NCBI GenBank assembly: GCA_000004985.1
Contig: GG738846.1
Reading direction: 5' to 3' (one strand)
Length of the DNA: 64,000 nt
Source: Naegleria gruberi
Taxonomy: Eukaryota
The translations under genes and the position numbers were made by a program. Position 1 is the stretch's first letter, and every line of letters begins with the position of its first letter. A model generated the notes under the pieces. It saw nothing but the letters and a program-made list of their open reading frames with translations, had not been told where the DNA came from and did no database searches. Positions 53,294 through 64,000 of the stretch are shown here, piece after piece.

Positions 53294-54052
53294 TTATTCC
53301 CAATCATCATCCTCATCATTTTGTGCTGCACTTGTAGCATTGTCAGATGTGGTGGCGTCACCACTAGCAGCAACAATATTATCACTGTTAACCTCTAATG
53401 TAGTGTCATTTGTTGCTAATGTTGTTTCATTCAATGATAAAACTTCGGAACCTAATTGCATTTTAATGTAGTCTCTAATCTCTTGTACGGAATTAAAATC
53501 ATCATTTAGAATATCCTTCAGAACGTCCAAATATAAATGTTCTTTAACACTTTCATTCTTGGTGTTTGTATTATTCAAAGATTCAAACAACTTTCTCTTC
53601 TTTTCATTTTCCTCAAAATTTAATTTTAATTGATAATATCTCTTCCAGAATAATATAAATGATATTTGTGAAGGGACAATGTTAGTATGAATTTCCTTTA
53701 ATTTTGGATCATTTTCCAACAATTTACTAATTTCATCAGTTTTAGAATCAATATCAATTTGAATAGTATTCAAATCATTTTCATCACTTAAATAAATTGG
53801 TGTTTTGTATGATTGTTCATTGTACAGAATATTTTCAATACTAATATTTGATGATGATTGATCCGAATCTCCCAATTCTGAAGCCAATTCATTAATCTTT
53901 ACAATACCAACAGAAACGGCATCAGCAAATTCATCAATATCCTTCTTGTACAACTCGATCAGTTGGTTGCCATTTTGTGTAACCGTTTGTGAAACTTGCT
54001 CAGCCAGCGATGAAAAGTAATCAAACATTTTTTTTAGAAAATTTTTTCTCAT
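53294..54052 (-). CDS. BSD-domain-containing protein (probable start at the second ATG, MFDYFSS)
   Basis: FILFWKRYYQLK matches the BSD FW-RYF motif. The tail is acidic and ends in DDDWE. Confidence 0.55.
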   Translation of the reverse strand: MRKNFLKKMFDYFSSLAEQVSQTVTQNGNQLIELYKKDIDEFADAVSVGIVKINELASELGDSDQSSSNISIENILYNEQSYKTPIYLSDENDLNTIQIDIDSKTDEISKLLENDPKLKEIHTNIVPSQISFILFWKRYYQLKLNFEENEKKRKLFESLNNTNTKNESVKEHLYLDVLKDILNDDFNSVQEIRDYIKMQLGSEVLSLNETTLATNDTTLEVNSDNIVAASGDATTSDNATSAAQNDEDDDWE

Positions 54053-54205
54053 AAATTATCTCTTTAAGGTTTTTTTAAAATCTGATTGCAAAATTTCCAT
54101 TTATTGGAAATGCTAGTCTTGTAAATTGTGTTATTCATTTCCTAGTCTAGTAATGAATTCCAGTTTGTGTTCAACATAAAAACTATTGAATTTGGAATAT
54201 CTGTA

Positions 54206-54286
54206 GCAGACTTGGCCGAGTGGTTAAGGCGACAGACTTGAAATCTGTTGGGGAAACCTTCGTAGGTTCGAATCCTGCAGTCTGCG
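54206..54286 (+). tRNA. tRNA-Ser(UGA), class II with a long variable arm
   Basis: Fold: acceptor GCAGACU/AGUCUGC, 3-bp D-stem GCC-GAGUGGUUAA-GGC, anticodon arm ACAGA-CUUGAAA-UCUGU (UGA), 13-nt variable arm, T-arm GUAGG-UUCGAAU-CCUGC. A downstream TTTT is present. The D-loop GCCGAGTGGTTAAGGCG is typical of tRNA-Ser. Confidence 0.85.
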
Positions 54287-54800
54287 AGTGAACTTTTAAA
54301 TATTACAGCTTTTGGGATCCATTTTTAGGGATGGAACTTTGGATTTATCTACAATTTACGGTTAGGGATGGTATACTCTCGCTCCAATCAAAGAATGGTT
54401 GATAAGAATTATTTTACAACTCAAACAAAAAACCTGTTACCGTTTTGGTGATAAATTAAAATTTCACTCTAAATTGTTCGGTGATTCAAACATGTTACAA
54501 ATAATGGGATTATTTATTATGTTTTTGTAATAATATACTTAAACACAATTTATTTTCCTTCAGTCTGGTAGAAATGTAATTAGTTTAGAACAAAATAACA
54601 ATTTGAATCTGTATGCAGTGGAATTAAGTTAGATTCTTTGGAGACAAGGCAAATATTGAACCATTAATTATTACTACTTCAGTTAAAGAGAAGCAGAAAA
54701 AGGAGAAAACTAAAGCCATCAAAAGAAAGAATAAGGAAACTCCTTAAAAACAGACTTGGTTGTTTTTTTCTTTCAAGGATATATCTATGAGCTGCAAATT

Positions 54801-54937
54801 AATACACGGGCAAATTTTGTGTGAAATTAATGGATTCAACTAATTCTTCCATTCCATTAATAATACTATTTATCAATAAATTATATTTAAAGGAATCAAT
54901 TTGATTTTCTTGATGAAATAAAATGTGCATTTTTTTT
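54801..54937. repeat. dispersed ~135-bp duplicate, copy 2 (pairs with 21188-21321). The minus strand carries ATG plus a 48-codon ORF starting MHILFHQENQIDSFKYNLLINS
   Basis: Direct alignment with copy 1. The ORF is truncated relative to copy 1 and fell below the 60-aa cutoff of the ORF track. Confidence 0.6.
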
Positions 54938-56679
54938 GAGGAATTTAATAAGAGTAATTCATTCTCCTTTTTCTCCCAAAACAGTTTACTAACCGTAATT
55001 CTATTCTTAGAAAATTTTTGAGGCTCGCATTTTTCACGTTTTCTAAAATAAATTCAAACTAAATAAAATTTTTATAATCCACACATTGTAGTAGAAAGGA
55101 AAATATATAAATTAACGATAATTAATTGGATTTACAATGTTTCCCAAAAAACGGTAATACTAAGATAAATTATGAGTGAACAAATAATTTTCAAAGGCTT
55201 GTTAAAAAATTTGAAATAATTTGATGAAGTTGTGTATTTGATTGGATTTTTGATCTTACATTCTTGAGGTGATGAAGTTGGAAAAATCAAATGCTGAAGG
55301 GAAGTTTTTGTGGCGGCCACAGATTGTATTTTTTCAAGTATTGGTGTTCATTAGAGTGTGTGGACTTGTTGTTAATTTATAATTGTATCAAATTACAAAT
55401 CCCTTTCCAAATCAAATCATTCGATTCTATTTTGGCGAAATTGAGAGACTTCTGAATCTATTGAATCAATGAGTTAATATGGTGAAAAATAAACTGATGT
55501 TGAAGAAACAAGGCTTGTTAAAAAAATATTTTGAATTAAGTTACATGCTTTCCTTTTTAGAAAACATACACACGATTGATTTTTATTAGATAAGTGAGAT
55601 TAGACAAGTTTCATCATTTAAAAATCGTCATGCTCACATTCGCTTCCTCTTTATCTCATTCTAAGAGAAGTAAGAAGGAGCAACATATAATTACAACACC
55701 ACCAGCAGTATTTCTCCATCAAATGTTCAGAGTAGTAGTAGTAACAGTGGTTCAGGATTGGTATTTCCAGTGGACACTAGTGTCAGCCTTTGACGGAGAT
55801 GAGAATGTATATGGTCACCATAAGATGTGAGAATAGATTTGAACGAGAAATTCATTCCACACTCAACATTTAAAAACCCTTCAATTAATTAATAAAACAA
55901 ATCTAAATAAATATATAGAAATCCAAAAAATACTTACAAAATTGTATTTCAAAGCCTTCACATATTTCACTCATGTGAAATTCAATACAATGAAGGTATT
56001 GATTGTTGGATTCATTTAATTGGAGCATGTTGTTGATTATTGTTATTTTGTTTTTTTTGAATGAATTGAAAGTCTTGTTGAATGCTGTTACTATTTATTC
56101 GATTTAACATGTTCAAAAGTTCTGTAAAAGGGTAACATTGTTACCAATTATATTACATCAAATCACAAATCTCAATTCCAATAAATCAAATGTTTTTTAT
56201 TTGGAGATATTGAAAGAACTTACATGATCCGATTTGGTTAAAATTAGGTCATTTTTTAAAATAAATAACAAATCTTGTTTTATGTTTTTTTCTCGATAAT
56301 TAATTGAGAACGATAATCCTATCGAGGTCTTGTTGGATTCCTCATAAAATTTCCAATCCAATGAGTTCTTATTATCAGTAATAAGAGTGATGGTTTAATT
56401 GTTGAACGAATTTACAAACTTTCCAAATATGATGACCTGTATGAGAGTATTGGTAAAATCATTCAGTGTGTTCAGTGAAATTGCTTAGATTATATGTTGT
56501 CCAACATTAAAAACAAGTAAATTCACCATTATTTGGAAAAACAATTGTACAGCGGATGTTTCTGAAATTGTTGAGTTATAGTTGATAAAACGCACCATCT
56601 CTCAATCCACGCTTGAACGAGATAATTTGTTGTAAAATTTTGTGAAAAACTCAATGTTTATTAAATGCAATTAAAAGTA

Positions 56680-59600
56680 TTATTCGTCTTTTTCTCTAAT
56701 GGTTGAGAGAGCAAACATACTCTGTTGAGATTTCATCACATCCTGTAACGATTGTTGAGTGGTGAGTATGTGTGAATAATTAACACTCATTAGGTGTTTT
56801 GGATTCATGAGATAGGTCTTGACTATTCCTTTGCCTTTAGCGTCAACCTCCCTCTCTTCAAATTCATATCCCAAATCGAAGACTCTCTCATAGGTCGAAC
56901 GAGAAATTTGAATAGTACCTGCAACTCCAGTGGATTCCATTCTTGAAGCCACATTGATGGCATCACCCCATAGGTCATAGGCAAACTTCTTGGAGCCAAT
57001 CACACCTGCCACAACTGATCCTGTGTTGATGCCAACTCTATACGAATGAATTTGATTAATAATGTTTCCATCACCTATTAAAACATACCTTATATTGATA
57101 TCTTCTGTTTCCACAACCTTATTCTTGTTATATTGATGAATGACTCCAAATGCATCGATGGCAAACTTTAAAACACGCTCTGGGTGATCAGATTGACTAT
57201 TGTGAAGACCACCAACTAGAAAGTAAGCATCTCCAATAGTCTTAATCTTTTCCAATTCATACTTCTCTGTCAATACATCAAATCCATTCACAATACTATT
57301 TAACATTTTCACAAGATCTGTTGGTTGCATCTTACTACTAATTCTTGTAAATCCAACCCTAAAATAGTCAATATAATGAATCAATTGGATGATTAAAATA
57401 CTACTTACATATCGCTAAAGAAACAAGTAATATCATCAAATTTCTCTGCAATAAAGGTTTCTCCAGCTTTTAAACGATTGGCTACCTTAATTGGTAATAT
57501 ATTCTTCAATAAATTTTCACTCTTCTTCTTTTCATCAGCTAGCAAGAGGGATTGCTTTTTTTCTTGTGTAATGTCTTTGAAAGTTATCAGAATCTTGGCA
57601 TCCTTTCCAAGCAACCGAATTGCATAAATGGTTATCTTGGCAGGGAACTTGGTATTGTTCTTTCTCATCATGTCAACTTCCAAGCTCTCCACAAGTTTTT
57701 GTTCGTTATTTTCATTCGATTGCTGCTCCTTTGATTGTGAAATGAGAGCATGGCACAATTGCTTTACCTGGGCTCTGAAGGGATTATCAAATAAATCAAG
57801 CATTGAAGTTCCCAAAATATCCAAACTCTTACTTCCAAACATTCTCAATCCAGACGAATTAAACAATTCAATTTCTCCATTTTCTTTACAAATCATTGTA
57901 CCTTCCACACTTGAATTGAAAACAACCTTCAAGCTAGAATATTCATCATTGGTTTCGTCCAGTGGGTGGGCAGTCTTTTTTCTCAAGAGAAATGGATAAT
58001 TAGTTTCCAACTTGTGGTGTAATGCAAACTCCCTTAATAATTCATTGTGATCAATAACGTCGATTGGTAGGTAATTTAACATGTTTCTGAATGAATGGTA
58101 CTGGCTCCAGAAATTTGAAAGCATGTAGCAAAATACTAAAACGGAAGATAATATAACAATCAAACCAATAATTGAAGAACTAATTGTAACAGAAAATACC
58201 GGAACAGAAGACTCTTTGACAAATTCCTTAATAAAAGCAGTATACTTTGCAATTAATGGTTGAGATAGACGAAGCAATAGATTGTTTCTCATGGCCAAAG
58301 TAAAAGGGTCCAATAGTGTACCATTTGAAATTACAGATTGTTGCAGAATATAATGTTTTCTTGAATCAATGACTAATTGTGGAGCGGTACTAGCAAAATC
58401 AGAGAATACAGTCTCCAATCCCTGGCAATAAAGCTTGAAGGTAGCATAAATGAAGGTAATATTGTTTGCTCTCATATATTCAGTGCAATTATCAACGCCA
58501 ACTGAAATAATCTTATCGACAGTTGGATATTTTCCAAGAAGAGGAACAAGAGACAACTCCTTAGATCCATAAATGAGTTTGCTCATGTAATCTGAGGCTG
58601 CTGCAATTCCATCGTTTACTCCAGCAGCCAACGAGTCGAATCTACTTCTCGCTTGCCACAATCTCAAATCACCAAACGATACTGTTCGTTTCAGTTTATA
58701 TCTCAATGGTGCAGTTGGAGAAGTGAATTGTTCAGCTCCAAAATATGTATAGAATTCTTGAGCACTGAAGGCAGATCTCTCAACATTCACACCTGCCTGA
58801 ATAGAAAGACGAACACGTGTCATGGTGTTAATAGCTTCTTGTCCATTGACATACGCCTCTGTAAACATTAAGGCAATTGTGGCACAGGTGGACACTACAA
58901 TTACAATGCAGCTGAAAATGACAAACAAATTTGGTTTGATCTGATCAATAGATATTATACGTGTGCTTCCTATGGCATCATTCTGAAGTCTGTTAGATAT
59001 ATTGTGGAAAATCTTTCCAATTATGTCCTTCTTGATTTGAGTTTCAAAAAGTTTAGCTAACTTTTTCATATTACTCAATTCTACCAACATTAAGGCAATG
59101 AACATTGCACTAACCAACACAAAGGCCGATAACATTACTGCTGTATAAATCATAAATTGATTAACACTTTGATCAATTACTGAGATTGTACTGTCCAAGT
59201 ACTTGGTGCAAAATCCTTCATAAGCTGTTGTAAAAACTCCCTTATTAGCCCACAAGTAATTAAAGTTAAAGTTTGGAAGTGGATTAAAGTATGAATCTTG
59301 GGAAGTAATATTCAATAATTTTTGCCTTTCAATTAAGGAAGAAGAATTCTCAACTGATAACAGCAATTCCAGTGGGAAATCATCAATAAGAAGTTGAGTA
59401 TATTTGATTAGAGAGTTGGTAATATCAACAATTGAGGCATTTCTTGTTTGATATGGACCAGAGTAGAAATGTGGATCTGATGCATCCTCAGTTGGAAAAT
59501 TAATCGAATAAATACTTGATGAATAGTCGGTATAAATGGCATCAGTAAAGACACCCTCTTGTCCAATCGAAACTAATCGTTTCAAATATTCTAAACTTGT

Positions 59601-62096
59601 TTCTAGTTTCTTTTTGTGATCTAAAATGTAAGCTGATTTTGAAATGGAAGGATAACCTTCTGTAAGAGGTGGAAATTCCACTTCCTGGAAATTAAATGTA
59701 TTAATCCAATTTTGACAAGCTCTAATATTTCTAATGATGGAAAATGGAAGAGTTCCTGGAAAGCAAACATGCTCAACGTAAGGAACGGTTGATTTAACCT
59801 GAAAGGAATAGAATACACTCAAAACAATCGAGGCCACAATACATGCAATGACAAAGAGGAAGTAAGAGAAGGATAAGATTTTGACAATTCCATTTGGTTT
59901 TGGATTGGCAATGGCATTCAAGAAGAGAATTTCCTTTTTGAGTTGTGGATTGTCAAAAGCATCTTCCATCTCTTCCAGTTTTTCTTGTTCTGCAGTGTCA
60001 ATATTGGAGCCTTCTTCAAAGAAGGCACTTGCAGTTTCTAATTTTTCATTTGGAACAATTCGATTGTTTCTCTTGGTTGGTGGAGCTCTACTGTGAGAAC
60101 CTCTCCGTTTCTTCTTCATTTCTTCTTCTTCAAGTGAATTGGCCTCTGCATAGAGAGAATCTGCCAATGGTTTGTTAAATTCAAAATTTTCAATAAAGTT
60201 TGCCTGAACTCTCAATACTGTCTTGTTGTGTTTGTAATTGAAAGACAAGTTCTTTAGCATGGATTTGCACTCACTTGTCAGATTATAAATGGTTCTATTG
60301 GTTTTCTTTAAAGATTCATAATTGATATGCTCATTTGCCATTTCCTTCCAGAAAACTTTGTGTAGAGCTAAAAGGTTGCTTTGAAGTTTTTCCAATTTTT
60401 GGATTTGGCAAGAGATTTCAAATAGGCCACTTTTTGAGAATGAATTCGATTCCACTTCCTTGATTCTTTCCTGAATGGCAAGCACTTCAAAAAAAGCTGG
60501 ATCACTTTTCATTGCCTTCCTCAGTAAACTTGTTGCCAGAACACTGGAATTTTGTTCTTCTGACCAAAAAGTTTGAACAAGCAATGATGAATAGATGAGA
60601 GAAGAGACATTTCGGAACATTTTGTGTTGAACCAGACCTTTCACAAAGCAAAATGCTATTATAGCATCATTCTTTCTCCGAAGGGAAAGTTTTAAGAATA
60701 AATTAAGATATTGAACAGATTTGGATTCGTCTAAATCTGAATAGACTACAGAGGCCATCTTCTCAATATAATTCAGCAATGCCAAGTCTGTTTCTGCACT
60801 TTCTTTGATTTCCATACTTGAAGGATGTGAATTGACAATAATAAAGCTTCTGATGGATCTCAATTTAACCCAAATCCATACGAATTGAACTAGAAATCCC
60901 AAAACGAAACCCAGTATCATTAAAGCAATCGTGAATCCAACCAAACCTCCACCAATCGCCGATTCATTGTTCGAATTGACCAGAGATGTAATGAGCGAAC
61001 CAACACTGGCAGCTAATCTTGCTCCATACACACCTTGAACAATAGCATTTTCGTAATGCGTAAAGAATGGAACATGTCTTAATTGAGTGATACAACACAA
61101 TCCAGAGATGAGTACATTTGCAATAGACGAAACATAGGAATATTCTTTTGGAATAACTAGCTCACAAATCAAGCCAATAATGTTCAATACACCAACAATA
61201 CTAAACATCAGGCTGGTCTCAGAGGTGAGAGGTATCTTACTCTGTGGATTTGAGTTTGAAGTAACAAACTCTGTCAGAGGATAGATGATGATCAAGGTAA
61301 ATAATGTACAAATAGACAGCACAATCATGATAGTATTCTCGCTATCCATGCATCCAATCAAATCAAATCTGTTGAGAGGATTTACTTCAACTGTTGAGGT
61401 TCCAAAAACAGTCTCCACAGTTATACTAATTTTCTGGAAATAGTTGCAATCAAGAAAGCCAACCAACAAATGACTTCCAATCAGATAAGAACCCTTGATG
61501 AACCAGCTCAAATACCACAAGGATAACTTTAAAAGTTTGAAATGATTGTTTGGTTTAATGGTCAAGTAGTAAGCCAAACAGAAGAGCACGCACGTAACAC
61601 AAATTACAGACATGAAGAAGGCAGATAAACCAATAGCTCCATAATAAGGTATCATGTTAAAGAGTAGAGTGGTTGGAAAATTCAAAACCTCAAAAACATA
61701 ACTTCCCTCATAACCCCAACGATGATTTCTAAGGGTTGGCACAAACATTTGACTCCACAACATGAGTAAATAATAGACCAAATATAATAGAAAGTGCTTC
61801 CATCCTGACAATGGAGCTCTTTCCTGCAGACTTGTCATCATTGAAAGAACATTTTCACGAGCGTGTGTAATGAATGATGAGGATATTGTCGATGACTCTG
61901 TAGAGCTCTGAATGGACTCTGAAACCTCATCATAAAACTTTTGGGAAGGAAGAAAATTGTTAGCACCAATGCCTGTATCAGAAGGTCTTCTCAGAGAGTG
62001 AAGTGAGTCTGAACTGTCACTTCCCCTCATCTTTGGAGCCAAGCTATAGGGTTCTAAGGAAATGATGGGAGTGCTTGATGATGATGCAATGGCCAT
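56680..62096 (-). CDS. multi-pass membrane class III adenylate/guanylate cyclase with a PAS-like domain. Two exons: 62096..57409 and 57358..56680 (intron 57359-57408, GTAAGT...TTTTAG, phase 2)
   Basis: The N-terminal block has about 6 TM helices. A large loop follows, then a second TM cluster and a PAS-like segment. The cyclase catalytic domain is split by the intron exactly within the F-S-D-M|V-G-F-T motif (FFSDM + VGFTRISS). Downstream are KIKTIGDAYFLVGG, GVIGSKKFAYDLWGDAINVASRMES. Confidence 0.9.
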
Positions 62097-62457
62097 CTAT
62101 TATGCTATTGTTTTTGTTTTGTTGTTTTGGAATATTATTGATGATGGCGAATCACTATGGATTTAGCGTCTTCTTATAAAAAAGTTGAATTCCTCTTTAA
62201 GTGCAAGTGTCCTCAAAGTCCTTATTAAATGTCGTACTATACATAAATACTTTTCGTTGATGTATTTGGAATGTGCGAGATCGAGAAATTTCATTTTTTG
62301 GAAATAAGGTACGTAAGGCAAATAGTTGCCGTCCTTAATAAGTTTAAGGCCAGCGAAAACAAAGGTGAATATTCATTTCACGTTAAAAACGAATGTAAAA
62401 ATTGGTGTTGCCAACATCTAAATTCGGAAACAAAACTCACATTGATTACACTAACTT

Positions 62458-63922
62458 ATGCATTTAGAACCATCTTGTTTAATAACAATACTGTCCATAC
62501 TTGAAGATGAATGTTTTTCAATTCGAGTTTTTTTCATTTTTTCAACAATCATGTATATTTCAACAATAAAACAAACACTTTCAATGCGAGCATTGTTAAA
62601 TCCGATGATAATTGAGAAACAACAATTTTTTGGAAAACTATTTCCAAAATCTCCAAGATCATTTTCCTCACCTATACTTGTTAGAAAATCCCGTAAGTTT
62701 TTCCATAAACACTTTAGAACAAAAGGGTTACTATTTTCCTCATCTCGCAACACCAGAATTTTTGGCACAGATAATAGAGTGACAATTACCTTAATCCATG
62801 CTAACTTAAATATTTTCTCATCCAAAGCAACTCCCCTACCACAGTATTTAAAAAAAATGGTAGGAAAGAGTGATTATAGACAATACACTCTCTTGTTGAA
62901 TGTGAAAGACGTTAATACTTTACCTAAAGGTCTAAAGAGTAAACTTGTCAAGAGTTTGGAAAATGTAAGTAAATAGAAGTTTTTTGCCAACAACATGGCA
63001 GAATTCTTTTGTTGGATTACATGGACGGGTACTTAGAGATTATGATGACGAGAGAAAATGCTACATTATTAAAATTGTAATGGGAAATCCATATGGAAAA
63101 GTATTGGATTGGGAACTTTTGGAAGAAACTATAAAAAATAGTTTCGAAAACTATTACGAGGAATTGCATAAGGAAGAAATTGGGCCACCAACATCATCCA
63201 AATCTGTGTATTTACGTCCTCTGTTTGTTGGAGACACTTCAATAAAGGCAAGAAGAACAGGTCAGAGCTATGCCTCCTCAGGAAAAGAGAAGCATATCCA
63301 AGCTAGTAATGAATTGGCTTCAAGAAGAACCTTAAGTGAGTTCAGCTCATCAACAATTCCTCTCCATCGTTCTCAATTATCAGAATCCGATTTGATATTC
63401 AGAGCAGATGAAGAAGAACTTCTCCAAAATCTCTCAAAGCCAACACATCTACCTTCACAACAAGTCCAATTTCCATTTTACCAACCAGAAATTGATCCAT
63501 CAGTCTCTCAATTACCGGTGTACTCTCCTCAATTTTGTTCGTTCCCATTCTACCAAAAAATGATGTATCCTTATATTCCTTTTCAACAATTTACAACTCC
63601 AACCCTAAAGAGAGCCACAGGTGAGTTGCAAATAGGTCAATTCAAGCTTGACAAAAGCACGCCACAACATTGGTCCCCTGAGCACATTAAACTAGTATTG
63701 AAATATGGTGTTGGCTTGAATGAGAAGCAAGTTGCGAACTTGGAAATAAGTGGGCATGAGTTGGAAAGTCTAGTGGTTCTATTGATGGCCTGTAAAGGAG
63801 ATGGTAAGGAAAAAATAGAGGCTACAAGAGATGTGTTGTTAAGTTTAGATATTGATGGATTATCCAAGTCTGTGGCATTGTCCATTTGTTGTTGGTGTTT
63901 TAAGGAGCTATTGTGCAAATAA
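62458..63922 (+). CDS. hypothetical protein, at least two exons: ...62964 and 63002..63922 (37-nt intron 62965-63001, GTAAGT...GGCAG, phase 0); the 5' start is unresolved
   Basis: Splicing joins ...VKSLEN to NSFVGLHGRVLRDYDDERK... in frame with the 312-aa ORF. The upstream 172-aa ORF has no clear ATG in a good context. No domain was recognised; the C-terminal region may be SAM-like. Confidence 0.5.
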
Positions 63923-64000
63923 CAAAATCTAAAAATTAATCGAATTTTAAAAATCATTAAAAAAAATGAGACGAAATTGTCAACCGCCACCAGCTGGTTC

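Noticed and set aside
1-64000. Looked for prokaryote-style systems (operons, defence islands, toxin-antitoxin pairs, integrases or transposases, terminal inverted repeats)
   Set aside because: The sequence is clearly eukaryotic: spliceosomal introns, Pol III genes with T-run terminators, and eukaryote-specific products (SYF1, RBBP6, PLK4, Sec3). No transposase, reverse-transcriptase or integrase-like ORF was seen in any frame.

Overview
This is an AT-rich (~65-70% AT) nuclear genomic window from a unicellular eukaryote, not a prokaryote. Genes lie on both strands. Start codons mostly sit in an A-rich context (AAAAATG). Introns are short (about 37-180 nt) with GTAAGT/GTATGT donors and YAG acceptors; several were reconstructed by hand. 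The gene content is consistent with a heterolobosean amoeboflagellate such as Naegleria, but this is an inference I cannot verify without a search. Supporting gene content: a PAS-containing membrane adenylate/guanylate cyclase, an F-box/LRR protein with perfect 72-bp repeats, a PLK4-like kinase, and N/S/T-rich low-complexity tracts. About 30 protein-coding genes were recognised. The recognisable products are mostly RNA-metabolism and housekeeping genes: EMG1/Nep1, an NSUN-family m5C RNA methyltransferase, GPN1/XAB1, SYF1/XAB2, RBBP6/Mpe1, PRP4 kinase, an RNB exoribonuclease, exocyst Sec3, MGST3-like MAPEG, and a DEDDy-exonuclease/Ycf45-ATPase fusion. A 9.4-kb ORF encodes a coiled-coil protein of more than 3100 aa with C-terminal calponin-homology (CH) domains. 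Four Pol III genes are present: an intron-containing tRNA-Thr(UGU), tRNA-Val(AAC), tRNA-Ser(UGA) and a solitary 5S rRNA, each followed by a T-run. There are no CRISPR arrays, no transposons and no prokaryotic operon-like systems. The ORF track uses alternative starts (TTG/GTG translated as M), which matters most for the giant gene and for 15223 and 16605. I have adjusted those where the sequence allows. I found no single spectacular system. The points most worth a second look are: (i) the exonuclease-ATPase fusion; (ii) the possible 5' TM exon of the giant gene; (iii) a 135-bp dispersed duplicate carrying a small ORF start; and (iv) cryptic intron-rich genes in two ORF-poor intervals.
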